A DNA stretch of 32,000 bases from Methanothermobacter marburgensis str. Marburg (lineage in GTDB: Archaea > Methanobacteriota > Methanobacteria > Methanobacteriales > Methanothermobacteraceae). Shown here one piece after another: positions 17,847 through 25,999 of this stretch. A model generated the notes under the pieces. The model was given only the letters and a program-made list of their open reading frames with translations. It did not search any database and was not told where the DNA came from. Position numbers and translations under genes: made by a program. The stretch's first letter is position 1, and the number at the start of each line of letters is the position of its first letter. The stretch covers positions 690,001 through 722,000 of the forward strand of contig NC_014408.1 in assembly GCF_000145295.1 (NCBI RefSeq), written 5' to 3'.

Positions 17847-17992
17847 CTCACCTCCTCCTCAAATACCTCAAGGGCCCTCTTTACAACGTCGTCCATGTCA
17901 TAGTAGCGGTACTCTGCGAGCCGCCCAAGTAGTGTGATGTTCTCGATTTTCTCTGCGAGTTTCCTGTATTCCTCATACATCCCCTGGGATTC
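17843..17992 (-). pseudogene. glf: 5'-truncated UDP-galactopyranose mutase gene (last 49 codons only)
   Basis: My minus-strand translation is ESQGMYEEYRKLAEKIENITLLGRLAEYRYYDMDDVVKRALEVFEEEVR*, preceded by an in-frame TAG (17993-17995). It matches the Glf C-terminus. About 320 upstream codons are missing. Confidence 0.6.
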
Positions 17993-18067
17993 CTAGGTTA
18001 CACAAGGTCCTACTCCAGCTTCGGGGCACTTGGAGTTGTATTTGGCCTCTCGTTTCTATCATGGCTC

Positions 18068-18388
18068 ATGGAGTGCCTGAGGCTGTACCTTGTTTTCCTG
18101 TCATTCGGTGCTGAGATAGCATTCTCAGCGGTTGTCATGATATTCCTTCTTGCAAACCTCATAGGGATACTATCAGCCCTCCCGGGGGGTATGGGTTCAA
18201 TGGAGGTTTCAATGGCGGGACTCTTTGTTTTATTTGGTGTTCCAGGTTTCCTTGCGGGCAGCATAGCCATCGTGGATCGCCTCATATCCTTCTGGTCGGT
18301 CACGGCACTGGGGGCTATACTCTCATCATACTACGCAGGGGACATACTCGATGTGGTCAGGTCATACATACTCGATATTAAAACATGA
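18068..18388 (+). pseudogene. 5'-truncated UPF0104/LPG-synthase-TM-like (flippase-like) membrane protein gene
   Basis: The 106-aa ORF contains LANLIGILSALPGGMGSMEVSMAGLF, the PGGxGxxE signature of the C-terminal part of proteins that are normally about 300 aa. The frame stays open and hydrophobic back to about 18011, with no start codon or N-terminal half. Confidence 0.5.
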
Positions 18389-18489
18389 ACACTGCACAGC
18401 CCTGATATAGGGGGTGGCCTGTAAGAACTATGATGAATATTAAATGAACGTTGCACCGCTCTTCTCTGAACAAAAACATGAAGCAGGTA

Positions 18490-19902
18490 TCAGCCCCTGA
18501 TTATTGACCTGATTATGGCCCTGTCCATGTGGTCGAGGGCCCCTGTTAAGAAAATTCCAGCCACATAAACCGCCAGGGCAAGGGTGGCCCTAATTATAAT
18601 GTTCACAGGGGCCATTAGTATCACTGCAGAGGCCGCGCCCGGAATAAGAATTCGCCAGCCCTCCATGATATCCTTCCAGGATAGCCCGTAATCCGTATCC
18701 CTTAAAGCCCTCATGAAGAGGACCATCATCAGAAATTCTGTCATCACCGTTGCAGCGCTTGCCCCCAGAAAATCAAATCTGGAGATAAGTATAAGGTTAA
18801 CGGTTACATTGAAGATCGCCCCAGCACCTGTGACACGGGTAACCGTTGTCTGTCTTTCGGTTGAGCCCAGAAGGTTTGAGGTTATCCCGTTTAGAAACAT
18901 GAATGCAGTTGCGGTTATGAGGATCCGCAGAGCAGGGGCAGAACTGATGTACTTCGATGAGAAGATCAGTTCTATCAGGGGCTCGGCAAGGACGAATACC
19001 ATCAATATTATAATGACCGCCAGTATCATGAGGTACTTCACGGATCTCCTGTAGGTGAATTTCAGGGAATCTGAGCTTTCAACATGGAACCTGGACATAA
19101 TGGGGAAAACTGCCAGCAGGTATACAGTGTAGAGCGAGCTTATGACTGTAAGAAGCCTGTAGGGTGCACTGTAGAGACCAACGGAAACATCACCCTTCAT
19201 GAGTGAGAGCATGACAGAGTCTATCCAGAAATAGATGAGGAAAAAAACGCTGGTCACGCCGAAAGGCAGTCCATTAACGATCAATTCCCGGCTGAAAGCC
19301 AGACCTGGCCTGAAAAACCTCCTTGTGAATATGAAAACAGAGTAGCTAACTGAGAGAACCGCTGCAACGAGGTAGGCGATGGCCACATGTACAACACTTC
19401 CGCCCAGCCAGATCACGGTGAGCACTCCGACAAGTATGAATAAACTGTTGAGGATGTTCCAGATCGTCTGGTACTCCATCCGCTGGAATCCCTGGAACAT
19501 GCTGTTAAAGAATGCGCTGAAGGCGTTAACAAGCATGTAACCCCCTATGAACATTACAACTGCAGCAGCCGTGCCCCTGTAGATACCGGTTACCGGTAGG
19601 AGGATTATCATAACAAGGACAATCAATGAAAGGAGCAGTTTGTTACCAAGCCCCGCAGATGCAAGCTCTCTGGCACCAGCAGGGTCCCTTGCGATTTCCC
19701 TTGTAATGTAGGTCCCCATCCCGAGGTCAGCCAGTATGCTGAATATGCCTGTTAGGGCAAGTGCCGCAGATAGTATACCGAAACCTGCTGTGCCGAGGTA
19801 TCTTGCAAGGTAGACGTTCCATACAAAGGCCGCGAGGTTGGTGAAGATGGTGGCTGTGAGGAGAAAGAGGGTATTTTTTGCGAGGGTTCTGGCATGACTC
19901 AT
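18490..19902 (-). CDS. Wzx/RfbX-type polysaccharide flippase (MOP superfamily), native copy
   Basis: 470-aa multi-pass membrane ORF. Its N-terminus LAKNTLFLLTATIFTNLAAFVWNVYLARYLGTAGFGILSA is the Polysacc_synt signature. Codon usage is native. Confidence 0.8.
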   Translation of the reverse strand: MSHARTLAKNTLFLLTATIFTNLAAFVWNVYLARYLGTAGFGILSAALALTGIFSILADLGMGTYITREIARDPAGARELASAGLGNKLLLSLIVLVMIILLPVTGIYRGTAAAVVMFIGGYMLVNAFSAFFNSMFQGFQRMEYQTIWNILNSLFILVGVLTVIWLGGSVVHVAIAYLVAAVLSVSYSVFIFTRRFFRPGLAFSRELIVNGLPFGVTSVFFLIYFWIDSVMLSLMKGDVSVGLYSAPYRLLTVISSLYTVYLLAVFPIMSRFHVESSDSLKFTYRRSVKYLMILAVIIILMVFVLAEPLIELIFSSKYISSAPALRILITATAFMFLNGITSNLLGSTERQTTVTRVTGAGAIFNVTVNLILISRFDFLGASAATVMTEFLMMVLFMRALRDTDYGLSWKDIMEGWRILIPGAASAVILMAPVNIIIRATLALAVYVAGIFLTGALDHMDRAIIRSIIRG

Positions 19903-19935
19903 TTTAATCCCTCTCAGAGGGTTCAGATTTCAGTT

Positions 19936-20865
19936 TCATCCTTTGAACCACTCGACGGTTCTGATGAGTCCCTCCTCAAGTTTCACATCTGGCCTGAAGC
20001 CTGTAGCCTCCAGCCTTGAGGTGTCTGCAAGGGAGTGTCTCACATCACCGGGCCTCTCATCAAGGAATACTGGCTCTGAATCTGATCCGAGGATTCTTGA
20101 TATTATCTCAAAGAGCCGGTTAACAGTAACCGCACTTCCACAAGCCACATTGAAGATACCGGTTTCAGGTGACTCTGCAAGGAAGATGTTGGCCCTCACA
20201 ACGTCACCCACATAGATGAAGTCACGGCTCTGCTCCCCATCACCATAGATCTCAGGCTGCCTGCCCTGGAGGATGGCGTCAATGAACCTCGGGATGACGG
20301 CAGCGTACTGGGAGTCAGGCCTCTGTCTGGGCCCATAAACATTGAAATACCTGAGGGAAACTGTTTCAAGGCCATAGTCCTCAAAAACACTGCAGTAGTA
20401 CTCCCCTGTGACCTTGGATACCGCGTAGGGTGATAGGGGCATGGGCCTTGCGTCCTCAGAGAGCGGCATTTCCGGGTTGTTCCCGTAGACAGCTGAGGTT
20501 GAGGCATTCACAACCTTCCTGACCCCCGCCCTGCAGGCGGCAAGAAGCACCCTGAGGGTTCCTGTGGCGTTCACCCTGTGGCACCTCAGGGGGTCCCTCA
20601 CGCTTTCAGGGACACTTGCAAGGGCGGCCTGATGGAACACATAATCCTTATCCATGAATACAGAATCAAGGTCCACCTCATTGATACTCCCCTCTATGAT
20701 CTCAAGGTTTTCATGTTTGGGGTACATGAGGTTCCCCCTCTTCCCGCTCGAGAGGTCATCGATTACAGTGACCCTGTTTCCCATTCTGAGGAGTTCATCT
20801 GTGAGGTGTGAGCCTATAAATCCAAGTCCTCCTGTTACAGCGACATTCATGCCCTTCATGATCAT
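19936..20865 (-). CDS. NAD-dependent nucleotide-sugar epimerase/dehydratase (UDP-hexose 4-epimerase-like SDR)
   Basis: 309-aa ORF with the Rossmann motif VTGGLGFIGSHL, the catalytic YAVSKVTGE (YxxxK) and a TS..Y triad context. Confidence 0.85.
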   Translation of the reverse strand: MIMKGMNVAVTGGLGFIGSHLTDELLRMGNRVTVIDDLSSGKRGNLMYPKHENLEIIEGSINEVDLDSVFMDKDYVFHQAALASVPESVRDPLRCHRVNATGTLRVLLAACRAGVRKVVNASTSAVYGNNPEMPLSEDARPMPLSPYAVSKVTGEYYCSVFEDYGLETVSLRYFNVYGPRQRPDSQYAAVIPRFIDAILQGRQPEIYGDGEQSRDFIYVGDVVRANIFLAESPETGIFNVACGSAVTVNRLFEIISRILGSDSEPVFLDERPGDVRHSLADTSRLEATGFRPDVKLEEGLIRTVEWFKG

Positions 20866-20868
20866 ACA

Positions 20869-22677
20869 CTACCTTACATTGATGAATAGGTGAAGAGACC
20901 GGTAGGGTTTCCTTTTATCAGGCAACCTGTATAGAAGGAATTCCAGTTTCTGGTTTTCCCCGGTCTCTGTAACTGTGAAGTTTATCTTCCTCTCCCACTT
21001 CTCCTTATCACTCAACCTTATGGTTTCATTCCTTAAAATATCTCCGCCAAGACGCACCACCATGAGGTAGGTCTCGTTGCGGTACTCACGGTTAACCACA
21101 CCCACGATTACACTGGCATTTGCCCCTGCTGTGAGGTTCTCGGGGTACCCGTAGGCCTTTCCACCGGGCCCCAGGATGTAGAACTCTGTGAACCTCTCAG
21201 AGGGTGCCGGGTTGAGGGTTATGTAGACCGTTACCGCAATTAGCGCTACAAGTATGATGGAGAGGAAGAGTGAGATCTTACCGTCCCTTGAGAGGTTACG
21301 GGGTGATGGTATGCTTCTTATATCGGCGGAGTAGGCGAGTTCCCCGCGCCTCCACCTCCTTATGAATGCGGCTGGAGTGAGGGCAAGGCTGAGGCCTGCC
21401 ACTGTCCTTGCAAGGAATGGTTTGAATGTAACATGTCCACCCATGAGGAGTGCGATGACCGAGGTCATGATGATGCTCGTGGAGAATGCCAGAAACAGCC
21501 TCTCAGGGATACTGAGCTGAACCCTTTCAGGTGCGATGGCTGAAATCAGTATGTACCCCGGGATGAACAGCACCTGGAGGTAGAAGAGCGCCTCAGCGAT
21601 ACCGCCCCTCAAAAGGATGATGGTAAGGATACTCAGGATGGATAGAACTGCGAGGTCACTGAAACCACCGATGGATGTGGTTTTTTCAGGTTCTGAGGGG
21701 AATTCATGTCCTGAGAAGGCCTTTTTGAGTTCCCCTTCAACATCATCACCTTCGATTTTCCCGGTTTCAGGGGCCCCTCTTATTTTTCTCATTTTAAGGG
21801 CCTTCTTCTTTATAGCTGAGGGTTCACCCACATAAAGGTCATCATCTGATATTTCAGGTATTTCAATGGTGATTTCATCCTCCACTAACCCATATTTCTC
21901 CAGGATGTCCATTTCTGACTGCTGAAGGGACTCTATGATTTTTATCCTCTGTCTGGACCTTCTGATGTAGGCTGCAAGGCCTGCAAGTATACCTGTGACC
22001 CCAAGGAATATGTGACCATAACCCCTGGGTACAAGTAAGCATGCTAGGGGTGTCAGGATGGAGACAAAGAGGGCTATTAATCCTACCTGCTTAAGTCTTC
22101 TCCTCTCCCGCAGCCCTGTTAGGAAGGCAGATGCCACCAGATAGGATGTGCTTACTATGAGGATGAGTGCAAGGAGGAACCTCACATGTCTGAGGTGTGT
22201 GAGGCTTATGAGGATGGGTGTTGAGGATGATAGGATACCTGCAATCAGGAGGTCCCTTGAGGAGAGACCGAGCCTGATGACTTCATCTTCCTCATGCCGT
22301 TCGCTCTGTTTTCTGCCAGACCTTCTTGCAAGTTCCCTTGCGGTTCTTGTCTGGGTATCCTCCTCAGGGGTATCCTTCTTTCTCAGGCGGATTATAAGAG
22401 CAATGAGGGGTATAATTATGGCCGGGAGTGCATAAAGTGCTCTTGAGTTCCTGAGGGGCGTGTAATTAAGGATGAGGGCGTTGAGTGTGATGAGGAGCAT
22501 TCCTGCCACCGGGGTGATCAGAATGCTGTCGAAGCCTGTGATGATGAGTATGGTGTAACCTGACACCACTATGGATGATGCTATTCCAAGAACCCTGAGA
22601 TGAAATAATGGCATGTTTATGAGGACCGCTGATACTATACCTGCAATTAATAATATGATCTCCCGCCTGAACTTCAA
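20869..22677 (-). CDS. Polytopic membrane protein with C-terminal DUF1616-like extracytoplasmic domain
   Basis: 602-aa ORF with a TTG start. It has many TM helices, two highly charged loops and the tail FTEFYILGPGGKAYGYPENLTAGANASVIVGVVNREYRNETY.., which matches my memory of archaeal DUF1616. The last 107 aa carry five N-x-S/T sequons. Confidence 0.6.
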   Translation of the reverse strand: MKFRREIILLIAGIVSAVLINMPLFHLRVLGIASSIVVSGYTILIITGFDSILITPVAGMLLITLNALILNYTPLRNSRALYALPAIIIPLIALIIRLRKKDTPEEDTQTRTARELARRSGRKQSERHEEDEVIRLGLSSRDLLIAGILSSSTPILISLTHLRHVRFLLALILIVSTSYLVASAFLTGLRERRRLKQVGLIALFVSILTPLACLLVPRGYGHIFLGVTGILAGLAAYIRRSRQRIKIIESLQQSEMDILEKYGLVEDEITIEIPEISDDDLYVGEPSAIKKKALKMRKIRGAPETGKIEGDDVEGELKKAFSGHEFPSEPEKTTSIGGFSDLAVLSILSILTIILLRGGIAEALFYLQVLFIPGYILISAIAPERVQLSIPERLFLAFSTSIIMTSVIALLMGGHVTFKPFLARTVAGLSLALTPAAFIRRWRRGELAYSADIRSIPSPRNLSRDGKISLFLSIILVALIAVTVYITLNPAPSERFTEFYILGPGGKAYGYPENLTAGANASVIVGVVNREYRNETYLMVVRLGGDILRNETIRLSDKEKWERKINFTVTETGENQKLEFLLYRLPDKRKPYRSLHLFINVR

Positions 22678-22806
22678 CTGAGATTCTCCCGTATGCTGAT
22701 TGGACTATTTATTTGGGTCGTGGACTGATAAATATTTTCATGTCTGTCACATGTGCGCTTAAGAAGACATATTTCAGTTCAGATGGTGATGCAGATTAAA
22801 ATAAGG

Positions 22807-23316
22807 TTACGTGGCTGATTTTATAGCCAGGTGGTATATTCTGACCCTGTATTCCCCCGGCGCGGTGAAGGGAGGAATTGTGAGGTAGATGTCGGCCGGG
22901 ACAACAGCGTTTCTTTCATCTCTTGCGGTCCAGTTTTTCCTGACTGGCGTGTAGGTTGTTGTGAGTGGTGTTTTGGGGAGGTTTGTGCCGTAGTTGGCGT
23001 ATTTGAGGTTCTGTATGGGTATGGTTTCTGGTCCCTGGAGGTCTCCTTCTGCTTTTATGTAGAGGTCGATGGGGACGTTGGATAGGTCTTTTATCTGGAG
23101 TCCCTGGGGTCCTCCGGGCCAGGTGTATTCTTTTCCGGGTTCCACTGTGGCTGTGAGGGTGAATGAGTTTCCGACCTCCTCTCCCTTCCAGAGGACCATT
23201 ATCTCCACACTCTCGGGTACGGTTACCCGGACCTCCTGCACTGCGCCCATTGTGGAAAAGGGTATGGGTAGAAGCAGCAGTATAAAAAGAACCCCCATCC
23301 AGCTGTAATCTGACAT
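22807..23316 (-). CDS. Small secreted beta-rich surface protein, paralog 1
   Basis: 169-aa ORF with signal peptide ..GVLFILLLLPIPFSTMGA|VQEV. The mature region is 98 aa identical to paralog 2. The C-terminal PPFTAPGEYRVRIYH is typical of beta-sandwich surface domains. Confidence 0.6.
   Translation of the reverse strand: MSDYSWMGVLFILLLLPIPFSTMGAVQEVRVTVPESVEIMVLWKGEEVGNSFTLTATVEPGKEYTWPGGPQGLQIKDLSNVPIDLYIKAEGDLQGPETIPIQNLKYANYGTNLPKTPLTTTYTPVRKNWTARDERNAVVPADIYLTIPPFTAPGEYRVRIYHLAIKSAT
22949..23244 (-). repeat. 296-nt block identical to 23683-23978 (copy 1)
   Basis: The offset is 734 nt. Translations are identical in at least two frames across the block in the ORF track. I checked both edges base by base. 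Confidence 0.85.
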
Positions 23317-23534
23317 CAGAAGATCCCCCCACCATTACACATATATCTGTAATTCATTTATTTATTAAGTTTTCCCTTATAATTTATTATTAATTTATTA
23401 TTTCTGTGGTTGTGTATTTTCATGGAGTTAAATCTGGTCCAGTGGGCATCGTCATCAATGTTGATATGCTAAAAAGGGTTCATCTGCGTGATTTGCAGGC
23501 TATAAAATGTTTTCATTAATAAAAAAGAGTTATT

Positions 23535-24065
23535 TCAGGGTTCACCCGGTGATTTAACAGCTATGTGATATATTCTCACAGAGTAGACACCGGCGGCTGT
23601 TCCAGGTGGCACCGTGAGGTGAAGGTCCACGGGTATTAATGATTCATCTTCAGATTTAACCACCCAGTTCCTTCTAACAGGTGTGTAGGTTGTTGTGAGT
23701 GGTGTTTTGGGGAGGTTTGTGCCGTAGTTGGCGTATTTGAGGTTCTGTATGGGTATGGTTTCTGGTCCCTGGAGGTCTCCTTCTGCTTTTATGTAGAGGT
23801 CGATGGGGACGTTGGATAGGTCTTTTATCTGGAGTCCCTGGGGTCCTCCGGGCCAGGTGTATTCTTTTCCGGGTTCCACTGTGGCTGTGAGGGTGAATGA
23901 GTTTCCGACCTCCTCTCCCTTCCAGAGGACCATTATCTCCACACTCTCGGGTACGGTTACCCGGACCTCCTGCACTGCTGAAGCCCCACTCACGGGGTTT
24001 GTGAGAAGAATTAAGAGCAGCACGGGAACAGCGAGGGTTTTTAGATGGATGCCCATACAGATCAC
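23535..24065 (-). CDS. Small secreted beta-rich surface protein, paralog 2
   Basis: 176-aa ORF with signal peptide LKTLAVPVLLLILLTNPVSGASA|VQEV. It has the same mature N-domain as paralog 1 and a diverged C-terminal 45 aa. Confidence 0.6.
   Translation of the reverse strand: MICMGIHLKTLAVPVLLLILLTNPVSGASAVQEVRVTVPESVEIMVLWKGEEVGNSFTLTATVEPGKEYTWPGGPQGLQIKDLSNVPIDLYIKAEGDLQGPETIPIQNLKYANYGTNLPKTPLTTTYTPVRRNWVVKSEDESLIPVDLHLTVPPGTAAGVYSVRIYHIAVKSPGEP
23683..23978 (-). repeat. 296-nt block identical to 22949-23244 (copy 2)
   Basis: As for copy 1. Flanking codons PVR are conserved but use different synonymous codons (cca gtc agg vs cct gtt aga). Confidence 0.85.
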
Positions 24066-24252
24066 CCCATTTTTCTCCTGGAGGTTTCTCTTGTTTCACA
24101 TGAACTTACAGTTTATCGTGAAATATGTCACTAAAGTGGCTATTATTTGAGCAAATTTTTATTACATAATCTGAAGGAGTACAGAGGCATTCTCTCCTAA
24201 AAACAGCAAAAATCGTATTAAAATTCCTCTTCAATACCCGAAATCGGTTTTT

Positions 24253-24267
24253 AAAAAGATTTATATA
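24253..24267 (+). promoter_or_regulatory. Candidate eha operon promoter (purine-rich BRE-like AAAAAGA plus TATA box TTTATATA)
   Basis: TTTATATA at 24260-24267 matches the archaeal TATA consensus. The expected TSS is about 24288-24292, at the in-frame ATG 24291 of ehaA. Confidence 0.4.
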
Positions 24268-24587
24268 TGTTGGATTATTATTCTTTTATCATGATTATTC
24301 ATGTTACATATCTTTCAGGTTACATAACAGGCATTATTTCCTCAATAATCATTTCAGCGATACTGGGGCTGCCTCTGGCACCTGAAAGACCGGCCAGACA
24401 TTCCTGGACCCCGTCAGCCATCTTCCCGGCGCCCATAATTGCCATGGGTCTTGTGGCTATATGCATAAAACTTGGTGTCACGGGTATGTATGGTGGGGTC
24501 GATCTTGGTGTGGTTTCAGGGCTTCTGGCAGCTCTCATGACGGCCTACTTCCTTGAGGACATATTCCCCAGACCGGAGGACTTGTGA
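24267..24587 (+). CDS. ehaA: Energy-converting hydrogenase A, membrane subunit EhaA
   Basis: This small hydrophobic ORF is first in a 16-gene array. The array's 8th, 10th, 14th and 15th genes match the conserved EhaH/J/N/O positions of the published Methanothermobacter eha operon. The functional start may be ATG 24291. Confidence 0.65.
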   Translation: MLDYYSFIMIIHVTYLSGYITGIISSIIISAILGLPLAPERPARHSWTPSAIFPAPIIAMGLVAICIKLGVTGMYGGVDLGVVSGLLAALMTAYFLEDIFPRPEDL

Positions 24588-25090
24588 TGAATGAACTTGT
24601 TGGAGTTGCAGTCGCAGCAGCGGTATCCTGGCTGAACTTTGTTATCATAGATACATGGATGGGCCTTCCAGAGAAACCAGGTGTCAGGGGGGCCGATTAC
24701 ATTGGAAGGGATATAATGAGAAGGGGAGGGGACCTCGCAGGGGGTTTCTTCCAGGGAAACATAGTATGCTCACCTGACGCATCTGCAGGCACACTCCTGG
24801 GGGCAATTGGCTGTTACCTCATGGGTGTACCTGAAGGGGGCATTATAGCTGCGCTCCTGGTGTTCATAGGGAACAGGCTCTGCGCAGACCCGGGGTATGC
24901 CGGTACGACAGGCGCACTTTCAATCACGGTCATAATAGCAATCTCATCGCTTGCCGGATTGAAACCTGAAATGTTTGTTGCAGGAATGGTTATTGCGATA
25001 ACCACAATACAGGGGTTAAACCACAGAGGATCATCAAGGCTCCTTGGCGCCATAGCCAGGAGGATGAACAGGTACACAGACCTGAAATAG
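24584..25090 (+). CDS. ehaB: Eha membrane subunit EhaB
   Basis: 168-aa hydrophobic ORF. Its GTG/ATG start overlaps the ehaA stop (GTGATGA). Assigned by operon order. Confidence 0.65.
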   Translation: MMNELVGVAVAAAVSWLNFVIIDTWMGLPEKPGVRGADYIGRDIMRRGGDLAGGFFQGNIVCSPDASAGTLLGAIGCYLMGVPEGGIIAALLVFIGNRLCADPGYAGTTGALSITVIIAISSLAGLKPEMFVAGMVIAITTIQGLNHRGSSRLLGAIARRMNRYTDLK

Positions 25091-25093
25091 AAG

Positions 25094-25354
25094 GTGTTGA
25101 TCATGCTACTCCAGATAACAGGGATAATAGTTGTTCTCATGGCATTGAGGGCACTTCTAGCACAGGACAGGGCAGAGAGGCTCCTTTACCTCAATGCAAT
25201 GGGTTTCGGGATATCTGCAATGATTGCACTCTACATTGGAACGGCATTCGGGGCTATCCTTGCAGCCGTCTACTTCGTGGCATCAACAATAACATCCAAT
25301 GCTATTGCACACACCCTTGACCGTGTAGGGGAGGAAATATTAATCGAGGATTAG
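25094..25354 (+). CDS. ehaC: Eha membrane subunit EhaC
   Basis: Hydrophobic ORF of 83-86 aa. The likely start is ATG 25103, preceded by AAGGTGTTGATC. Assigned by operon order. Confidence 0.65.
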   Translation: MLIMLLQITGIIVVLMALRALLAQDRAERLLYLNAMGFGISAMIALYIGTAFGAILAAVYFVASTITSNAIAHTLDRVGEEILIED

Positions 25355-25456
25355 GTGAAGATTTGGCTGGTGATGTTTATGAATCCGCTTGACCTCATTA
25401 AGGGATTAGGTGAAGATTTGGCTGGTGATGTTTATGAATCCGCTTGACCTCATTAA
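25348..25456 (+). repeat. Tandem duplication, 2 x 54 nt identical, period 55 nt, across the ehaC stop / ehaD start
   Basis: 25348-25401 equals 25403-25456, checked base by base with 0 mismatches. The boundary motifs are ATTAGG/ATTAAG/ATTAAC. Confidence 0.95.
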
Positions 25457-25706
25457 CCTTACAAACACAGGAATTTTCGTGATATTCACAGGTGCCGCAG
25501 GCATCATACTACTTCCAAGACCCCTTGATAAGATAATAATGTTCTCTCTGCTTCAGGGGGGCTTTGTGATGGTCCTCGCGGCGGCCAGATACCTTGACGT
25601 GGCCATGGCAGCAGCCCTCTTTGACCCCATATCAACGGTGATACTGCTCATGGCTGTTATGAGAATAAATGATGTGAGGGTAGCGAGGGGTGAGGATCTT
25701 GTCTGA
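25410..25706 (+). CDS. ehaD: Eha membrane subunit EhaD
   Basis: 98-aa hydrophobic ORF that starts in the second copy of the duplication. Candidate starts are GTG 25410, ATG 25428 and ATG 25434; the last is preceded by GGTGATG. Confidence 0.65.
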   Translation: MKIWLVMFMNPLDLINLTNTGIFVIFTGAAGIILLPRPLDKIIMFSLLQGGFVMVLAAARYLDVAMAAALFDPISTVILLMAVMRINDVRVARGEDLV

Positions 25707-25729
25707 TGTTCATGTACTGGATGTAAGAG

Positions 25730-25999
25730 GTGGGAAACTTGCTTGAAACCCAGATATGGTTCTACGCAGGGGCCGCACTTGTAATAATAGGTTCCATTGC
25801 AACCGTCGCAGGTCCCGGTGTAAGGGACCCTATCGTCAGGATACTGAACACCGAGATACCGGCGGTTGGTGTTTCACTGATATTCCTCACCTACAACCAC
25901 ACACTTGCACTCCTCACCTTCATCGCGGCCACCACAATCATGACACTGGTACTGCTCAGGGCCGTTATAAGGCTCGAGGAGATGGGGGTGGAAGTATGA
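25730..25999 (+). CDS. ehaE: Eha membrane subunit EhaE
   Basis: 89-aa hydrophobic ORF with a GTG start after AAGAGGTG. Assigned by operon order. Confidence 0.6.
   Translation: MGNLLETQIWFYAGAALVIIGSIATVAGPGVRDPIVRILNTEIPAVGVSLIFLTYNHTLALLTFIAATTIMTLVLLRAVIRLEEMGVEV

Noticed and set aside
22916-24099. Two long Arg/Pro-rich same-strand alternative-frame ORFs (22916..23335 and 23674..24099) with identical cores; a possible overlapping gene pair.
   Set aside because: They are identical only because they lie in the 296-nt conversion tract. They are low in complexity and lack start context. The other frame encodes signal-peptide proteins with sensible domain features.
25756-25995. The 80-codon N-terminal extension of the ORF-track ORF 25756..26475 ([24 protein letters not shown]...), which overlaps ehaE.
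   Set aside because: The extension is an Arg/His/Cys-rich alternative frame of the hydrophobic ehaE gene. The membrane-protein sequence only begins at ATG 25996, which overlaps the ehaE stop (GTATGA) like the other coupled eha junctions.
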